Assembly (NCBI RefSeq): GCF_036321535.1
Contig: NC_087436.1
Span: forward strand, 87,112,001 to 87,176,000
DNA: 64,000 nucleotides
Direction of reading: 5' to 3'
Source of the DNA: Camelus dromedarius
Taxonomy: Eukaryota
Numbering within the stretch: position 1 is the first letter of the stretch; every line of letters starts with the position of its first letter. Below the pieces are notes generated by a model. The model saw only the letters and a list, made by a program, of their open reading frames with translations. It made no database searches and was not told where the DNA came from. Shown in pieces: positions 52,101-64,000 of this stretch. The translations under genes were made by a program, and so were the position numbers.

Positions 52101-53356
52101 ACAGAAAGGAAATTTTGAAGTCACATATCTATCTTCTCACATTCACTCCCCTCAGCATCGCGCCTGTGAGCTGGTCCCCGAGGCGCCTTCCTCCTCCCAC
52201 ATTCTCTGCCATAAACCAGCCTCCCCCACCTCACTGCCCTGCCCCAGGGCCGGTGTGCCGCGTGGGGGCCAAGCCTGAGGAAGTCTGTGCAAGAGGCCCA
52301 GCATCACCTGATTCACCAAATTCTTGTAATCAGTTTAGTTACACAACAAAATTCAGATCAGAGTGAGGATTAGCGGAGGAAGTTTGTGAACGACGCTTTG
52401 AACTTCACAGATGGAAGCCCCCTCCCCCACTCTCACAAAGAAGCCCGAGGTGTTCAACGTGCCATGAACACACTGCCGGCCACCTCCCCCCCCCCCCCCC
52501 CCCGGCCTCACTGCAGCTCGCTGTCCCCCGCCGGCTGGGTGACCCGTTGGCATCCCAAATTGCCTTCCCCGCCATGGCATTCCACCCAGGTCTCCCAGAG
52601 GGGGGAGAATGGATTCTATCCTCAGCCCGCTGCTCCTGGAATTGCAAGCATTCGGTGAGCCAGCCCCCCAGCCCTGCCTTTTCCAGGACTCCTGCATGCA
52701 GCCGGGGACCGTAGAGTAACAGGGACATTCATGTCCCCACCACCTCCCCACTCAGAGCCCATGGCAGGGGGAAAGCAAGAGGGACAGAGCCGGGAGGCCT
52801 GGCCTGCTGCTGGCGGGTTATTGTTCCCAGATGGAGAGTGTCAAACCCTGTCAGCCTCAGATACACACTGAGCTCTACATCCGCATTCCTGGGATGTGTA
52901 ACTGCCTGGCCTCACCTTCTGCAGCCCTCAATTCAATAACATGTCAAGTTTCTTCAGTCTCACCCAGAGCTAAAATCCTCTCACCCACTCCTAGCCTCTG
53001 CATTTGGAACACATATTTGCCGTAACTGTCTAAATATTTAAGCTGGGCTAAGGGGAGGCATATTTAGTTGGATTGATTACCCTGAGTTGTCTGAGCTGAG
53101 TGGGTCTCACCTGTGAGTGCTGGTTTAATGATGAGATTTGGAAGCCGAGAGTCATGGGCTCTAGGACCGATGATCATGGGTGCTGTCCGGGGGGTTAGCT
53201 GCCCCCGGTACGTGGCGGGGAGCATGGCGATTCTGATGCTGACGCTCAGTTGAGGACCTGGCTGCCGGAGGGATCCTGTGCCTTTGATTCCCCACTCGAA
53301 GTACCCAATCCTCTCCAGAGCCCATTACACAGTCCCCTCCACCCCAGTCCTGGCAT

Positions 53357-53752
53357 CAGCAGTTGGTGATGAAGCTGGATCTATAATCCCGGAGCTTTGA
53401 CTTTCTATCTGTTATGGGTTGAATTGTGTCCCCCAAAGATATGTTGTAGTCCTAACGCCTGAGTTATGAAGCTGTTTCCACCCTGGCAGACCCTTTCTCC
53501 ACCTTGAGTCTGTTCTCTTTCACTGATCTGCAATAATTTAGGCTCTTGTTCAAACTGCATTGAATCCATAGGCCACAAGGGAAACTGTGGGGACAGATGA
53601 GGGTGCCCAGGGCCCGGGGATGGTAAGTGACTTGCTCGGGATCACACAGCAATTGGTGATGAAGCTGGATCTATAATCCCAGACCTTTGACTTCCTATCT
53701 GTTATGGGTTGGATTGTGTCCCCCAAAGATATATAGAAGTCCTAACCTTGAG
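53357..53752. repeat. ~105-bp dispersed direct duplication (53357-53463 and 53647-53752)
   Basis: ttggtgatgaagctggatctataatccc..ctttgactt.ctatctgttatgggttg.attgtgtcccccaaagatat occurs twice, offset by 290 bp. Confidence 0.9.
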
Positions 53753-54073
53753 CGCCTGTGAATGTGATCTTATTTGGAAATAGAATCTTGGCAGATTGAA
53801 TTGAGTCAAAATGAAGTCATTAGGGTGGAGCCTAATCCATGTAAAGATGAGGGGTTAGAGTTACACAGCCACAACCCAAGGACACCTGCATGAAGCCACC
53901 AAAGCTGGAAGAGACAAGGAAGTGTCCTCCCCTAGGGGCTTGGAGGGATCATGGCCCTGCCAGCACCTGGATTTCAAATTTCTAACCTCCAGAACTGTGA
54001 GAGGATACTCTTTGTTGTTTTAAGTCATCCAGCCTGTGGTACTTGGTTACAGCTGCCTTAGGAAACTAATACA
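53700..54073 (+). mobile_element. MaLR solo LTR (MLT1A/B/C-like)
   Basis: tgttatgggttggattgtgtcccccaaa ... ctccagaactgtgagagg ... gccttaggaaactaataca, with TG...CA termini. Confidence 0.87.
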
Positions 54074-55189
54074 CCATCTGACAGCATTTATGATATGAGA
54101 GGCGGGTGAAATTCTGGATGAAAATGCAGCTCCTTGGAAGTGATGAGTGATGGCTCCTGCACATCACCCAGGTCACATTTAGTGTACAAGTCTCCTCTTA
54201 GCAGGACCTGACACTCTGTGCCTCCTCCTATCCTGAGAAACGCCTTCAGCAAGCCCAGTGATATGGGCTCCTTATCAATTTTTAAAGTTTATAAGTTGAT
54301 GTAAAATTGGAAGAGTTTTCCTCCTAACCCTTCTTTTGGCTGCCCAACATAATTCTGATCATTTGCATTTAAGCAGCCTTCCCATCTGAGGGATTTCAAG
54401 GCACCTACCAAATTGCATGACCCATAGGAGTGGCTTCTGGGATAGGGAGTTCCTTGTTTCCATCTGCCCTCTGACCCCACTCTGTCCCAATGACTTCACT
54501 AAAGTGAGTCCTTTAGTTTAGTGGACTCAGTCAGGAAGGTAAGAGCTGCCATAGAAAATGCTGTGGCTCAGGCGTGGGCTGACTGTGGGCCGTTTGGGCA
54601 AATGATGCTTTGCAATTCATCTTAATGTTTACCCTAATTCTCAAGAGATGAAGATTATGAGCTGGCAAATTTCCAAGAATCCATTGGCCAACTCCTGAGT
54701 CTGTGATGTTTCTTAGTTGGGGGTTTGCATCCAGGGGTGGCTGTGTTCAGGCCCTAGAACTTGGCAATTTTGGTCCAAGAGAACCCTTGAGTCCACTAGC
54801 TGAGGTTGGTTTCCCAAACCCCGAATCTCCCGGTTGCATAACTTTGGGAGTGGCTGTCCTAATAGACATGCTCTATTTTCTTGCCTCACTGATCTTCACC
54901 GAAGCTTCTTGTTTACTGCAAAATTGCTAGGAATCTAAACATGCCAAGAGATGGTTCTCCCTGCCCCACAGGCATGAGTCGAAGTAAGTGGAACCATATC
55001 TTTGCTTTCTTCCAAAACCAGTGGGTGGAACCAATTTAAAACCTCAATCATGCAATGTGTATGCAGAAATTTCCCTGTGTGTTTTAATGTTCCTCCTGAG
55101 AAGCACATAACGTTCTTGCCTGTGTTTTAGCTACCAAAGACAGGCAGTGACTCCAAAGGCAATAGGTCTAAACAATTGGCTACCGCTTA

Positions 55190-56020
55190 AACCCACTATG
55201 GTACAGCCATACAGTGCACCCCAATGCAGCCACAGAAAGTCATGCTTTGGGAGCAAATTTAATGACACGGGGAAATGTTTATGGTCTGCTATTAAGTGAA
55301 AAAAAAGCTGCTTACAAAAACAGAATGTATAATATGAAAACAGTTATGCAAAAATTAGGTATGTATCCATAAAAATCTGGAAAGCTATACTCCAAAATGT
55401 GAACAAACACTGATGAAATATTCAGGGCTGTGAACACACAATGGCCAGTCCGTGCACGGCCCACAGGTGTCTGCTTGACAGAACAGCAGTGACTGACGTC
55501 TTGGAAGTGACATCTTTTCCTAATCACACAGGGCACCATAGGCCTTGGCATCAGCTCTGGGGCTTGTAGGTGAGTCTAAATTGTCTTCTATGTGCTTTCT
55601 CATGCTTCCCCAAAGTCCTTCAATAAATATGTGCTACTTTTGTGTCAACTAAAAGCAATGGTATATAATACAACCAATCTTAAGATAATCGGTGGAAATT
55701 TGAACACTGACTGAATATTTGATGGTATTAAGGAATTATCTTTACGTGTACTAATGATATGGTGGTTATATTTTTAAATGACTCATTGGCTTTTAGAACT
55801 GCATACTGACATATATAGATGAAGTGATATGTCTGGTATTTGCTCCAAAATAACATAGGAAGTAGTTAAGTGGGTAGATGTATAGTATAAAAAAGAATGT
55901 TCATGAATCAGTAACTGTTGAAGCTGAGTGCTAGGTACCTGGGGGTTTGTAATACTCTTTTGTCTTTTTTTGTATATGTTTCAAATTGCCATAATACAAA
56001 GTTGAAGGAAAAACAGAAAA
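55190..56020 (+). mobile_element. Old L1M-type 3' fragments
   Basis: ttaagtgaaaaaaaagc..ttacaaaaacag.atgtataatatg; gaaatttgaacactgactgaatatttgatggtattaaggaatt; tgtatatgtttcaaatt.ccataata. Confidence 0.6.
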
Positions 56021-56509
56021 TTAGTGTAGGTCACTGTGGCTGAGATTGACCTGAGTTTTCCTGTATCTTTGCTTCTGGTAGAATTGTGCAGACCTTCTCA
56101 GTGCCTTCCTGAGTGTGCCTTCCTGAGTCGGGTGTTGTGGCTGGTGAGGGAATGATGCTGTCCAGCCTGGTGAGGCTGAGAGGAAAAGCAGCAGGACACA
56201 TGCCACCTACCCACATCTGCCAAAGCCATCAGGAGTTTTGCAGAGTAATGACTTTGTCAGCACCACAGCTGAAGATAGGCAAACAGACCTCATAAACTGG
56301 ATTGTGAGTAACTAACATTTAACCCTTGACAAGAGCTGTTTTATACCTAACAGGTTTAACAATGCAAAGATGGGTAACCAGCAAGTTGCTGTCTCCATTG
56401 AGACAAAATAAGAGGAAAAGGATTAACTTACAAATAGGAGGAATTGGATTTAGCTACATGGGAAAAAAATCAGTACTAGAAAAGGAATGTTAAATACCCA
56501 CAGGATTAT

Positions 56510-57070
56510 TGTATCAGCTAGGAATGCTTTCAGCTGCAAGTAATAAAAAAAACCTTACAGTGTTTTAAGCCCTAAGTGCATTTGTCAGTTAGTTAACAAG
56601 GAGTTAAGAGGTTGAAAAAAATCTCAGGGTTATCTAACAACTTATGGTGGTATCAAGACATCAAGAAGCCAAATGTTTTCCATCCTTCTGTTTCTTTTTT
56701 TTTTTTTAAGAAAACCTTTTTTTTTTTTTTTTTTTAACTGTAGACTTATTGCCTCAGGGTTACAAGATTGCTGCAGGAGCTCCAGACATCCCATTCTTAA
56801 GTAACCATATCCAAAGGCAGGAAGCAGAAGGAGGAGAGCAAGAGTAAATTCTCCTGTGTAACTCTTTTTTTCTTTTCTTTGTTCCAGAAAGGGAAACTCT
56901 TGCCCAAAAGCCCTTCATCAGACTTGATTTTGTATCTTATTGGATGATACTTTTTTGCTTTGTCACCTCCAGCTGCAAGGAAGACTAGGAAGATGAGTAT
57001 CTGGCTCTTTAAGACCCTACAGGAAGGAAGAAAAGGATTGGGTATGGCTGCCACAATGGAAGAGAGCCCT
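56510..57070 (-). mobile_element. MaLR LTR (older MLT1 subfamily)
   Basis: tgtatcagctaggaatgctttcagctgcaagtaa, caagattgctgcaggagctccagacatc, agctgcaaggaagactaggaa. Confidence 0.65.
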
Positions 57071-58944
57071 GCCATATCTTTCCTCATTATTGAAGCAATT
57101 TTAGCTAAGTCTAGAAAAGTTGAAAAAGGCAGGAAATTACCTATAACTACATCATCCAAAGAAATCCATTGATAACATTTTGGTGTCAGAGGAGCAGCTT
57201 TTAAGGCAGCTAGAGCTCCTTTACTGGGTATATGAAGACAAATGGAGTCAGAGCAGGTCAACCCAGGCCTCCCAGGTCTTTTGCAGATTTGGGAGTCAAA
57301 GTAAAAGGCTCTGTCTTGACTTCTTACACTCCTCAGGGGGAGAGAGAGGGTTCAGATAGAGTTTATCGGTTGTGTATTGCTGCATAACAACCCAAAGCTT
57401 AGTGGTTTAACACAACAACTGTTTACTATCGTTCATGTTTCTGTGGGTCAGGAATTTGGGCAGGGCTCACGTGGCCTTGGCTAGTTCACTCTGGCAGCTG
57501 CATTCAGCTGACAGTTCAACTGGGCTGGAAGGTCCAAGATGGTTTCGCCCATCTGTCTGGGGCCCCAGTGCTGCCTGTGCTCACAATTCTTACAGAATGA
57601 GTGAATGAACGAATAAATGAACACCATATGTTACAGGGAGCCAGTGGCCCAAATAGCTTGAGGCCACCAGACAGGAGTCAATAAATAATGTTGAATAAAA
57701 TGAGATTACACAGTCTTGAACCTGCCCTTAGGAGAATCCTGGGAGATGCTATTGAAAAGGCAGTTACTCACTTCCCAAGCTAGTTTTTCTAGTTTTAATT
57801 TTTTTTTTTTCTCATCAGATTTCCAAATCGTCAGCTGCCCGCTTTAAAGCAGTGGTTCTGCACTGGTGACTCAGCGTTACGTGGCCCCTGAGCTGGCTGA
57901 GCTGAAAAGTACTCCCCCCCAATCAGAAAAGTTTACATTTCCAGAGAATATATCTTGGCCTTTTAATAAGGTATAATTAATCACAGCATTGAGCATAATG
58001 ACCAAAATAGTTTCCAAAGAGCAACTGAATGCTGGATAATTATAAATCAGGGGGTTTGGCGAGTCCAGGATCCTGCTAGATGGAGCACTGATGGCTCAGG
58101 CTGAGCAAACCAACATTCCACTGAAAAATAAAGACGGGGCATGCTCTGCAGCTCTGCCCCTGGTTTCCAGACTCCTGCCATCCCCTTGGCACCTCATTCC
58201 AATGCTCACTGTCACTTGGCCTTTCTAAGCTACACTGGGATATGCTTATTTCTTTTTTTTCCTAAAAAACAGCCTTTAAGATTGGCTGCTGAGAATGCAG
58301 GTTTGGAGCCTGGGTTTTGCTTGGTGGTTTTGTCTTATCTCAGTTTGGTTTGGTTATTTTCACTTTCTGCCAAGTTCACAGCACAACTGAAGACTTTAAA
58401 TAAAAATTCATTTCTTATTTTTAGTAAAACGGTAAGACGTGCTTTGGAGGATATCTAGAAAATGCAGATGAGCAAAAGGAAAAAGAATATTTGCAATGGC
58501 CCATAACCCTACTGCCCAGAGAAAGCTGTGACCATTGTCCACATGGTGTCTCACCACCACCGGTTTGCATCTCCTGAACTTCCTCACTTCCTGCCCACCT
58601 CACTCATTGTTCAGATAGTTTAGCTGTGTTTATGATGGTTTAAAGTGGCATGTGCCTCCGTAAGCAAGGAGGCCAACCACAGCCAGCTGATACCTCCCAG
58701 TCTTTTCTCCCATGTGTGTGGAGAAGGCATCTTCTCCTTGCATTCATCTCATGAGGATTAAACCGCAGGCCTTCAGTTAGGATGTTGTAGCCCAGGGCCG
58801 GAGCTCCACCCTAGGACACATGCCAGTTCCAGGTCTGTCTCAGGGTTGCTGTGGATTGTTAGCTTCCCACAATCAAAGGACAAAAAGAATAAAACCTATC
58901 CATCAGCCATTTGATGAATGGCTACTCTTTGCCCATGTTCACAT

Positions 58945-59488
58945 TATCTTGCTGTATAACAAACCACCCCAAAACACAGTGGCTTTACATAACTATTTAT
59001 TCTTACAGAGTTGTCCTTTGGCTGGGCTCAGCTCGGGGGTCCCTGCTTTGAGTCTCATGTGCTTGCCATCAGATGGAAGCTGGGCCTGCAGTTATCCAAA
59101 GGCTCCCCTGGGCTGGACAACGGGACGGCTCCCTCACGTAGCAGGGGCCTCGGTACCTGTGGGCTGTCCTTCTCTGCCCCCATAGTGTTTCACTCTCCAG
59201 GCCTTCTCCAATGGCTTGAGCTTGGTGGCTTCAGGGTACCTGCCCTTCTTATGTGACAGATGACTTTTAAAGGGGGAAAGCAGAAGCTGCCAGCCCAGTT
59301 AAGGGCCACCCCTAGAACAGGTAGAGTGTCACTTCTGTCGTATTCTATGAGTGAAAGCTGTCACGGGGCCTAGCCAGATTGGAGGAGGTGGAGACATAGA
59401 TTCTACTTCTTGATGGGAGAGCGAAAAATCACACTGCAGAAGCATATGTGGGATGGGAAATGCTGTAGCTAACGACAGTCTGCCACAA
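58945..59488 (-). mobile_element. MaLR LTR (older MLT1 subfamily)
   Basis: ttgctgtataacaaaccacccca, ggctgggctcagct, gtcacttctgtcgtattctat, cttgatgggag, agtctgccaca. Confidence 0.7.
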
Positions 59489-59924
59489 GTGGGCTCTGTG
59501 TACGGCCAGGGTGTACTGGGTTGAGGGTCCCCCAGTCCTTAGAGCTAACATCTAGTAGTTAAGACAGACATTAAGCAAATAACCATGCAATAAAATATAT
59601 ATTTCCACACTGAAAAGCTAGGTGCTAGAAAAGAAAAGAACAAAGGGAAAGGAAAAGCATAAAAGGAGCTTGGTCAAGGAATGCCTCTCTGAATATGGGG
59701 CATGTAGACTGAGACCCCAGTGGGGAGCAGAAGTTATCCAGGTGAATGCATTCCATGCATAAGGAACAGCATATGAGAAAGGAGAGTGGGTTAAAATGTA
59801 GGGAGCAAAAAGGAGTTTGATGCAAGACAATGCTGAAAAACTAAGCCAGGGCCAGGCCATGCAGGGTCTGGCAGCACTCGGTGAGTATCTGGGATTTTGT
59901 TCTCAGTGCAGTAGAAAATCACTT

Positions 59925-60385
59925 GTTTTGTTTAGGTTAGGTTTGTCTGCAAGTGACAGAAACCCCAAATAATAATCCATTAAACAAGGCAGAAATGTAT
60001 CTCTTCCCCACATGAACTGAGGTTTTCATAATCCATCAGAAGCTAGGATGCCTGTCCACAGTATCAGGGACTAGCACCTTCTATCTTCCATCTGCCGTCC
60101 TCAGAACACAGTTTACCTCTACCTCATGGTTCAGAATGGCTGCTTGATTTCCAGCTATCACATCCTCATGGCAGTCAGCAGAAAGGAGGAGGGAAAAACA
60201 TGTTTTGATCTTTCCCAGATACACATCATTTCCACTTACTCTCATTGCCAGAACTTAATCACGTAGCTATATCTATCTGCTGGAGAGGCTGGGGAATGGA
60301 GTCTTAGTTGCCTGTGTGCCTAGTTAAAAATTGGGTGTTTTATTACTAAGGAAGAAAGGGAGAATGGATAAACAGCAGTTTCTGC
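59925..60385 (-). mobile_element. MaLR LTR (older MLT1 subfamily)
   Basis: ctgcaagtgacagaaacccca, atggctgcttga.ttccagctatcacatcc, cattgccagaactta.tcac.tagct, ggaggctggggaatg.agtctt. Confidence 0.65.
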
Positions 60386-63300
60386 TAGAGTACTGAAAGG
60401 TCTTAAGGAAGGGAATATTTCTAACATTGCCAAAACGTGTTAAAGAACAGACACTGGTTTCTTTGTCAACAGTCCTGAGTTCTACAGTGCCCTCCCCCCA
60501 ACTACTGTTCTCAGGATGACCTTAACTTCTCTGGGTCTTTGATTCCTCATCTACAAAAGGGAGGCTAGCCTGCCCATCACATAAAAGTGTTCTTTAAACT
60601 GGTGGGGTCATAATAATGAAAGGGCTTAGCAGGGGGTAGGGAGTGAGTAATCATTTTTAGGGAGGGTGTTAATTTTGAGAAATTCCAAATCTGTGAAATA
60701 TTTAGAGATTTGGAAGCACCAAGGAAGCAAACAACACTCCATCTTTCTGACGTTCATCTTGTAACACAGCAACCAGCAAAGAGGCCCTTAAGTGCACAGA
60801 AATGGGATAATGGCCAGTGTCCTTAAGTGAACAGAATTAGCTTTAGAATTATCATCAGCTTCCTTGGAAATGCCAGCATTAAACTGACTTGCTCCCTGAG
60901 CTGTGAGCAGTCACAAGCCTTGTTCACAGAGCTCAGATGCCTGAGATGAGTGACTAGGATGTAGTTTCCAGGAAAGCTGGACATGTTCACATGCCACACA
61001 GAAAGAAGCAGGATTTAGGATGAGTCAGTCCCTAAAACCTGGATTAGAGACAAAGTAGGGACAGAACTACAGTTCATTTGTTCTCTTTCTGAAAGGCTCC
61101 CTCTACCTAATAATATAGTAAGATTAGCTGTTGTTTATGGACTGCCCACTAAGCTAAGCGGCCGACTCTGGACTAAGCTCTTTAAATGATTACCTCATTC
61201 AACACGCAACAGTCCAAAGAGGCAGGTGCCAATCATACCTCCATTTTAAAGATGAGAAAATTGAGGTCTAAGAGTTCACAGTTACTACGGAATAACAGTG
61301 TTATGTGTCCCAAGAAGTCTGGCTCGATAGCCCTTGAATGTAAACCACTAATTACCCCACCTCCAACCACCTCAAGTCTTAAGATGCCTCTCTTCCAAGC
61401 ACACAGGTCTTGAAGGCCTACTATGTGCTGGGTCCTAGACTAGGTGCTGGTATTGTAAAGACTAAAAAACACATCCCTGGTCCTCAAGAAGTTCATGGCT
61501 GGTGGAGAAGTACACCAGGTAAATGTGCTGCTGGGTGTGCTGAGTGGTTGCTGCCTACACAGGAGGAAGGCCTGACCCACCCTGGAGACCGTGCCAGGAA
61601 CAGTCAGGGAAGGCTTCCTGGAGGAAGCAACCCATGATCCAAGTCTCATGTCTCTGATTCAAACACACTTGAATGTGTCTGAAATAGAATACAGGTTTCA
61701 ACACACACACACACACCTGCTTTATAACTACACCCTTTCGATCCGCTAGTCTGATCTTCTTAATATGCTTATAAACAGAACTCCTGGCACCACTGGTAAG
61801 GACAGCTGGGTGAACTTCCCTGAAACTGAGCACCCCTATTTTATGGGTCAGCTCATTTATTCTATCATGTTTCTCCCTAAATTCCAGAAGATTTCGGAGC
61901 AAAAGGCAGCCTCATATAAGCATCCAGAGAAGAACAGAGGCAGGCCCACACCAGGCCCCCTGTGTCCGGCCCTGACCCCCACCCTGTCTGCAGAGCCCAG
62001 GCCCCTGTGTGAACCAGATTGTTCTTACTCCCACTCACGTTTATTCACCACAGCTTGTTATGACCTTCATTCCCATCTTTTATCCCAATAATTATTATAG
62101 TGGAGAACGTTTTCTTCTTTTGGAAAACATAAGGCTTGAAACTGAAAAAAGTTAAAGCCTGTGTTCAGTTTTCAATTGCTTTTCTGGGAATCCTCACGTG
62201 GAAGGGTCTGCGTCTGACATCCACCCAAATGAACCTTCTCTTTTTCCTCCTTACAGAGGGAGGAAAAATAAAAATGCTGGGACTCCAGTCCTTTGCAAGT
62301 GAGAAAGATCCAAAAAGGGGATGGCTGGAATAGTGGGAGCAGCCTGGGTGGCGGGTCTTCCTTCCTAGGAGGATGCTGTTCCGGACTCTCCAACAGTACC
62401 TAATAGATGTGAAAGAACACAGGCCTGGCATCCAGCTTCTGGGAAGGATGGGTTGGGCACCAGGCTGGATAGAGGGGCGGGGTCGGGGACTGGCTTGGAA
62501 GCCGCACTTGACATGCAATGCAGAAAACTCCAACTGTCCATATTAGAGATGAAAGGCTGGGTATTATGAGGTGGGGGCTAAAAGCCTTCCCTTAAGATTA
62601 GAAAAAAGAGAAAATAAAGGGAGAGAGAAGACTAGAAGGAGGAAAAAGATGGATGGAGAGAAGGAGAGAAAGTAAAAAAAAAAAAAAAAAACCTTAAAAA
62701 CCAGCATTCCTAAAACTAGCTTCTGTCAGAAGTCCTTGCCACCATTTGTTAAAGATTTACCATTAGGACTGGAACGCTGATGTGGCGTTATGGGATGATT
62801 GAAAGCATCTGAGTTTTGGAGAGAAGCAGAGCTGGTTTTAAATCCTGATGCCGCTGCTTGTTAGCTGAGTGAGCTAGGATGGCCTCCTTTCCTCCTGAGT
62901 GAAAACGCGTTTGCTGACACCCGTGTGCCCGACTGCGTGGGCTGCAGGCAGGGGCTCCGAGAGGGACTGGAAAAGCTGGTGGCCTGGCCCGATGCTCCCC
63001 ACTGCTCCCCGGGGAGAGGGGCCTCCTAGGAAGGCGTTTCCGCTGCTGGAGGACAGAGGAGGTGAGACTGTGCTGAGAGCATGTGAGTGGAGCCAGTGGG
63101 GGAGGTGAGCGGCCACCAGGCTCCACCCTGACCAGGCATTTGCTGAAAACCACTGGACAATTGGTTCTCACATGTTAATGACTTTTCTTCTCTTACCGCC
63201 ATTTCTAGCCCTGTGATACTCTGGCCAACAGTGCCCCTCTCCTTTCATTTATGTTCCAGCCTATATTCCAGACATGGGGTTCAGGTCTGAAGCCACTGCC

Positions 63301-64000
63301 GTCCATTTCGGGGTTGATGGCACATCTGTTCTTTCATCAGTACTGGAACCCTTCTCTTGGGCTACCTTGATCTGTGCTGAACACACCCTTTGGAGCAGGC
63401 ATTTAGCTCATATTCAAGTTCTCAAAAGTGAAGCCAGTTTGCCGTGGGGGCCGTGTGAACAGTTGGGTGTGTGTGAGTGTGTGTGTGTGTGTGCATGCTC
63501 ATCTGTAGTGGGTGTTCCCCTCCAGTGTGACCCCTCCTGTCAGCTCGTCCACTCTCTTTCCAACCTCTCTTTTAATAAATTCATTCCAATCCTTTCAAAC
63601 ATTTTAAACCCACAAGAATGTGATGATTCTATCTGGGCTTCAGGAATTATATATTTTAAAAGTCACTTCCAGTTGCATGACCATTAATCTAGGAACATTA
63701 ACCTTGTCAAATCTTTCAGGTTGTTCTGTGAGCACATCTAAATATGTCCTTTTCCTTCGTTTAGTAAGTTAACTGATCATCCTGGCATTCTCCTCATTTT
63801 TGATGCTGAGAAACCCCACGGTGCTGCTTGCACTGTGTAGGTTTCTGACAGCTCTAAAATGGCTTGTGATCAGAAAAAGAAAAAGAAAAGGAAAAAAACC
63901 CACAAGTGACATTTTCCAAAATGAGCTTTAAAGAAGATTATTCTCCCGGAATGGAGTTAAAAAGAGAAAACGTATATGTAAGTAATTGCTTAGGAATGCA

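Noticed and set aside
51305..52102. 233-aa and overlapping ORFs
   Set aside because: Partly overlaps decayed L2-like sequence; no domain, splice structure or known similarity recognised.
1..64000. CRISPR arrays, operons or prokaryotic defence systems
   Set aside because: The sequence is mammalian (spliced genes, SINE/LINE/LTR content); no regularly spaced repeat-spacer array was seen.

Overview
Mammalian genomic DNA, very probably camelid (camel/alpaca/llama), judged from four tRNA-derived Vic-1-type SINEs. The window holds the last intron, terminal coding exon and 3'UTR of SCFD2 (+ strand). It also holds the complete four-exon RASL11B gene (- strand, 248 aa Ras-like GTPase), convergent with SCFD2, with a CpG-island promoter at ~21.0-22.0 kb. 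The remaining ~42 kb upstream of RASL11B has no protein-coding gene I can recognise and is rich in repeats (L1, L2, MIR, MLT1 LTRs, DNA MITEs, microsatellites). It contains a heavily decayed HNRNPA1 processed pseudogene (~36.35-37.46 kb, -). The most unusual local structures are a 48-bp-arm inverted repeat abutting the 5' end of an L1 insertion, a perfect 54-bp tandem duplication in the RASL11B promoter, a chimeric L1 and a ~105-bp local duplication. I found no convincing novel biological system. Gene and repeat-family names come from recalled sequence similarity, not database searches, and repeat boundaries are approximate.
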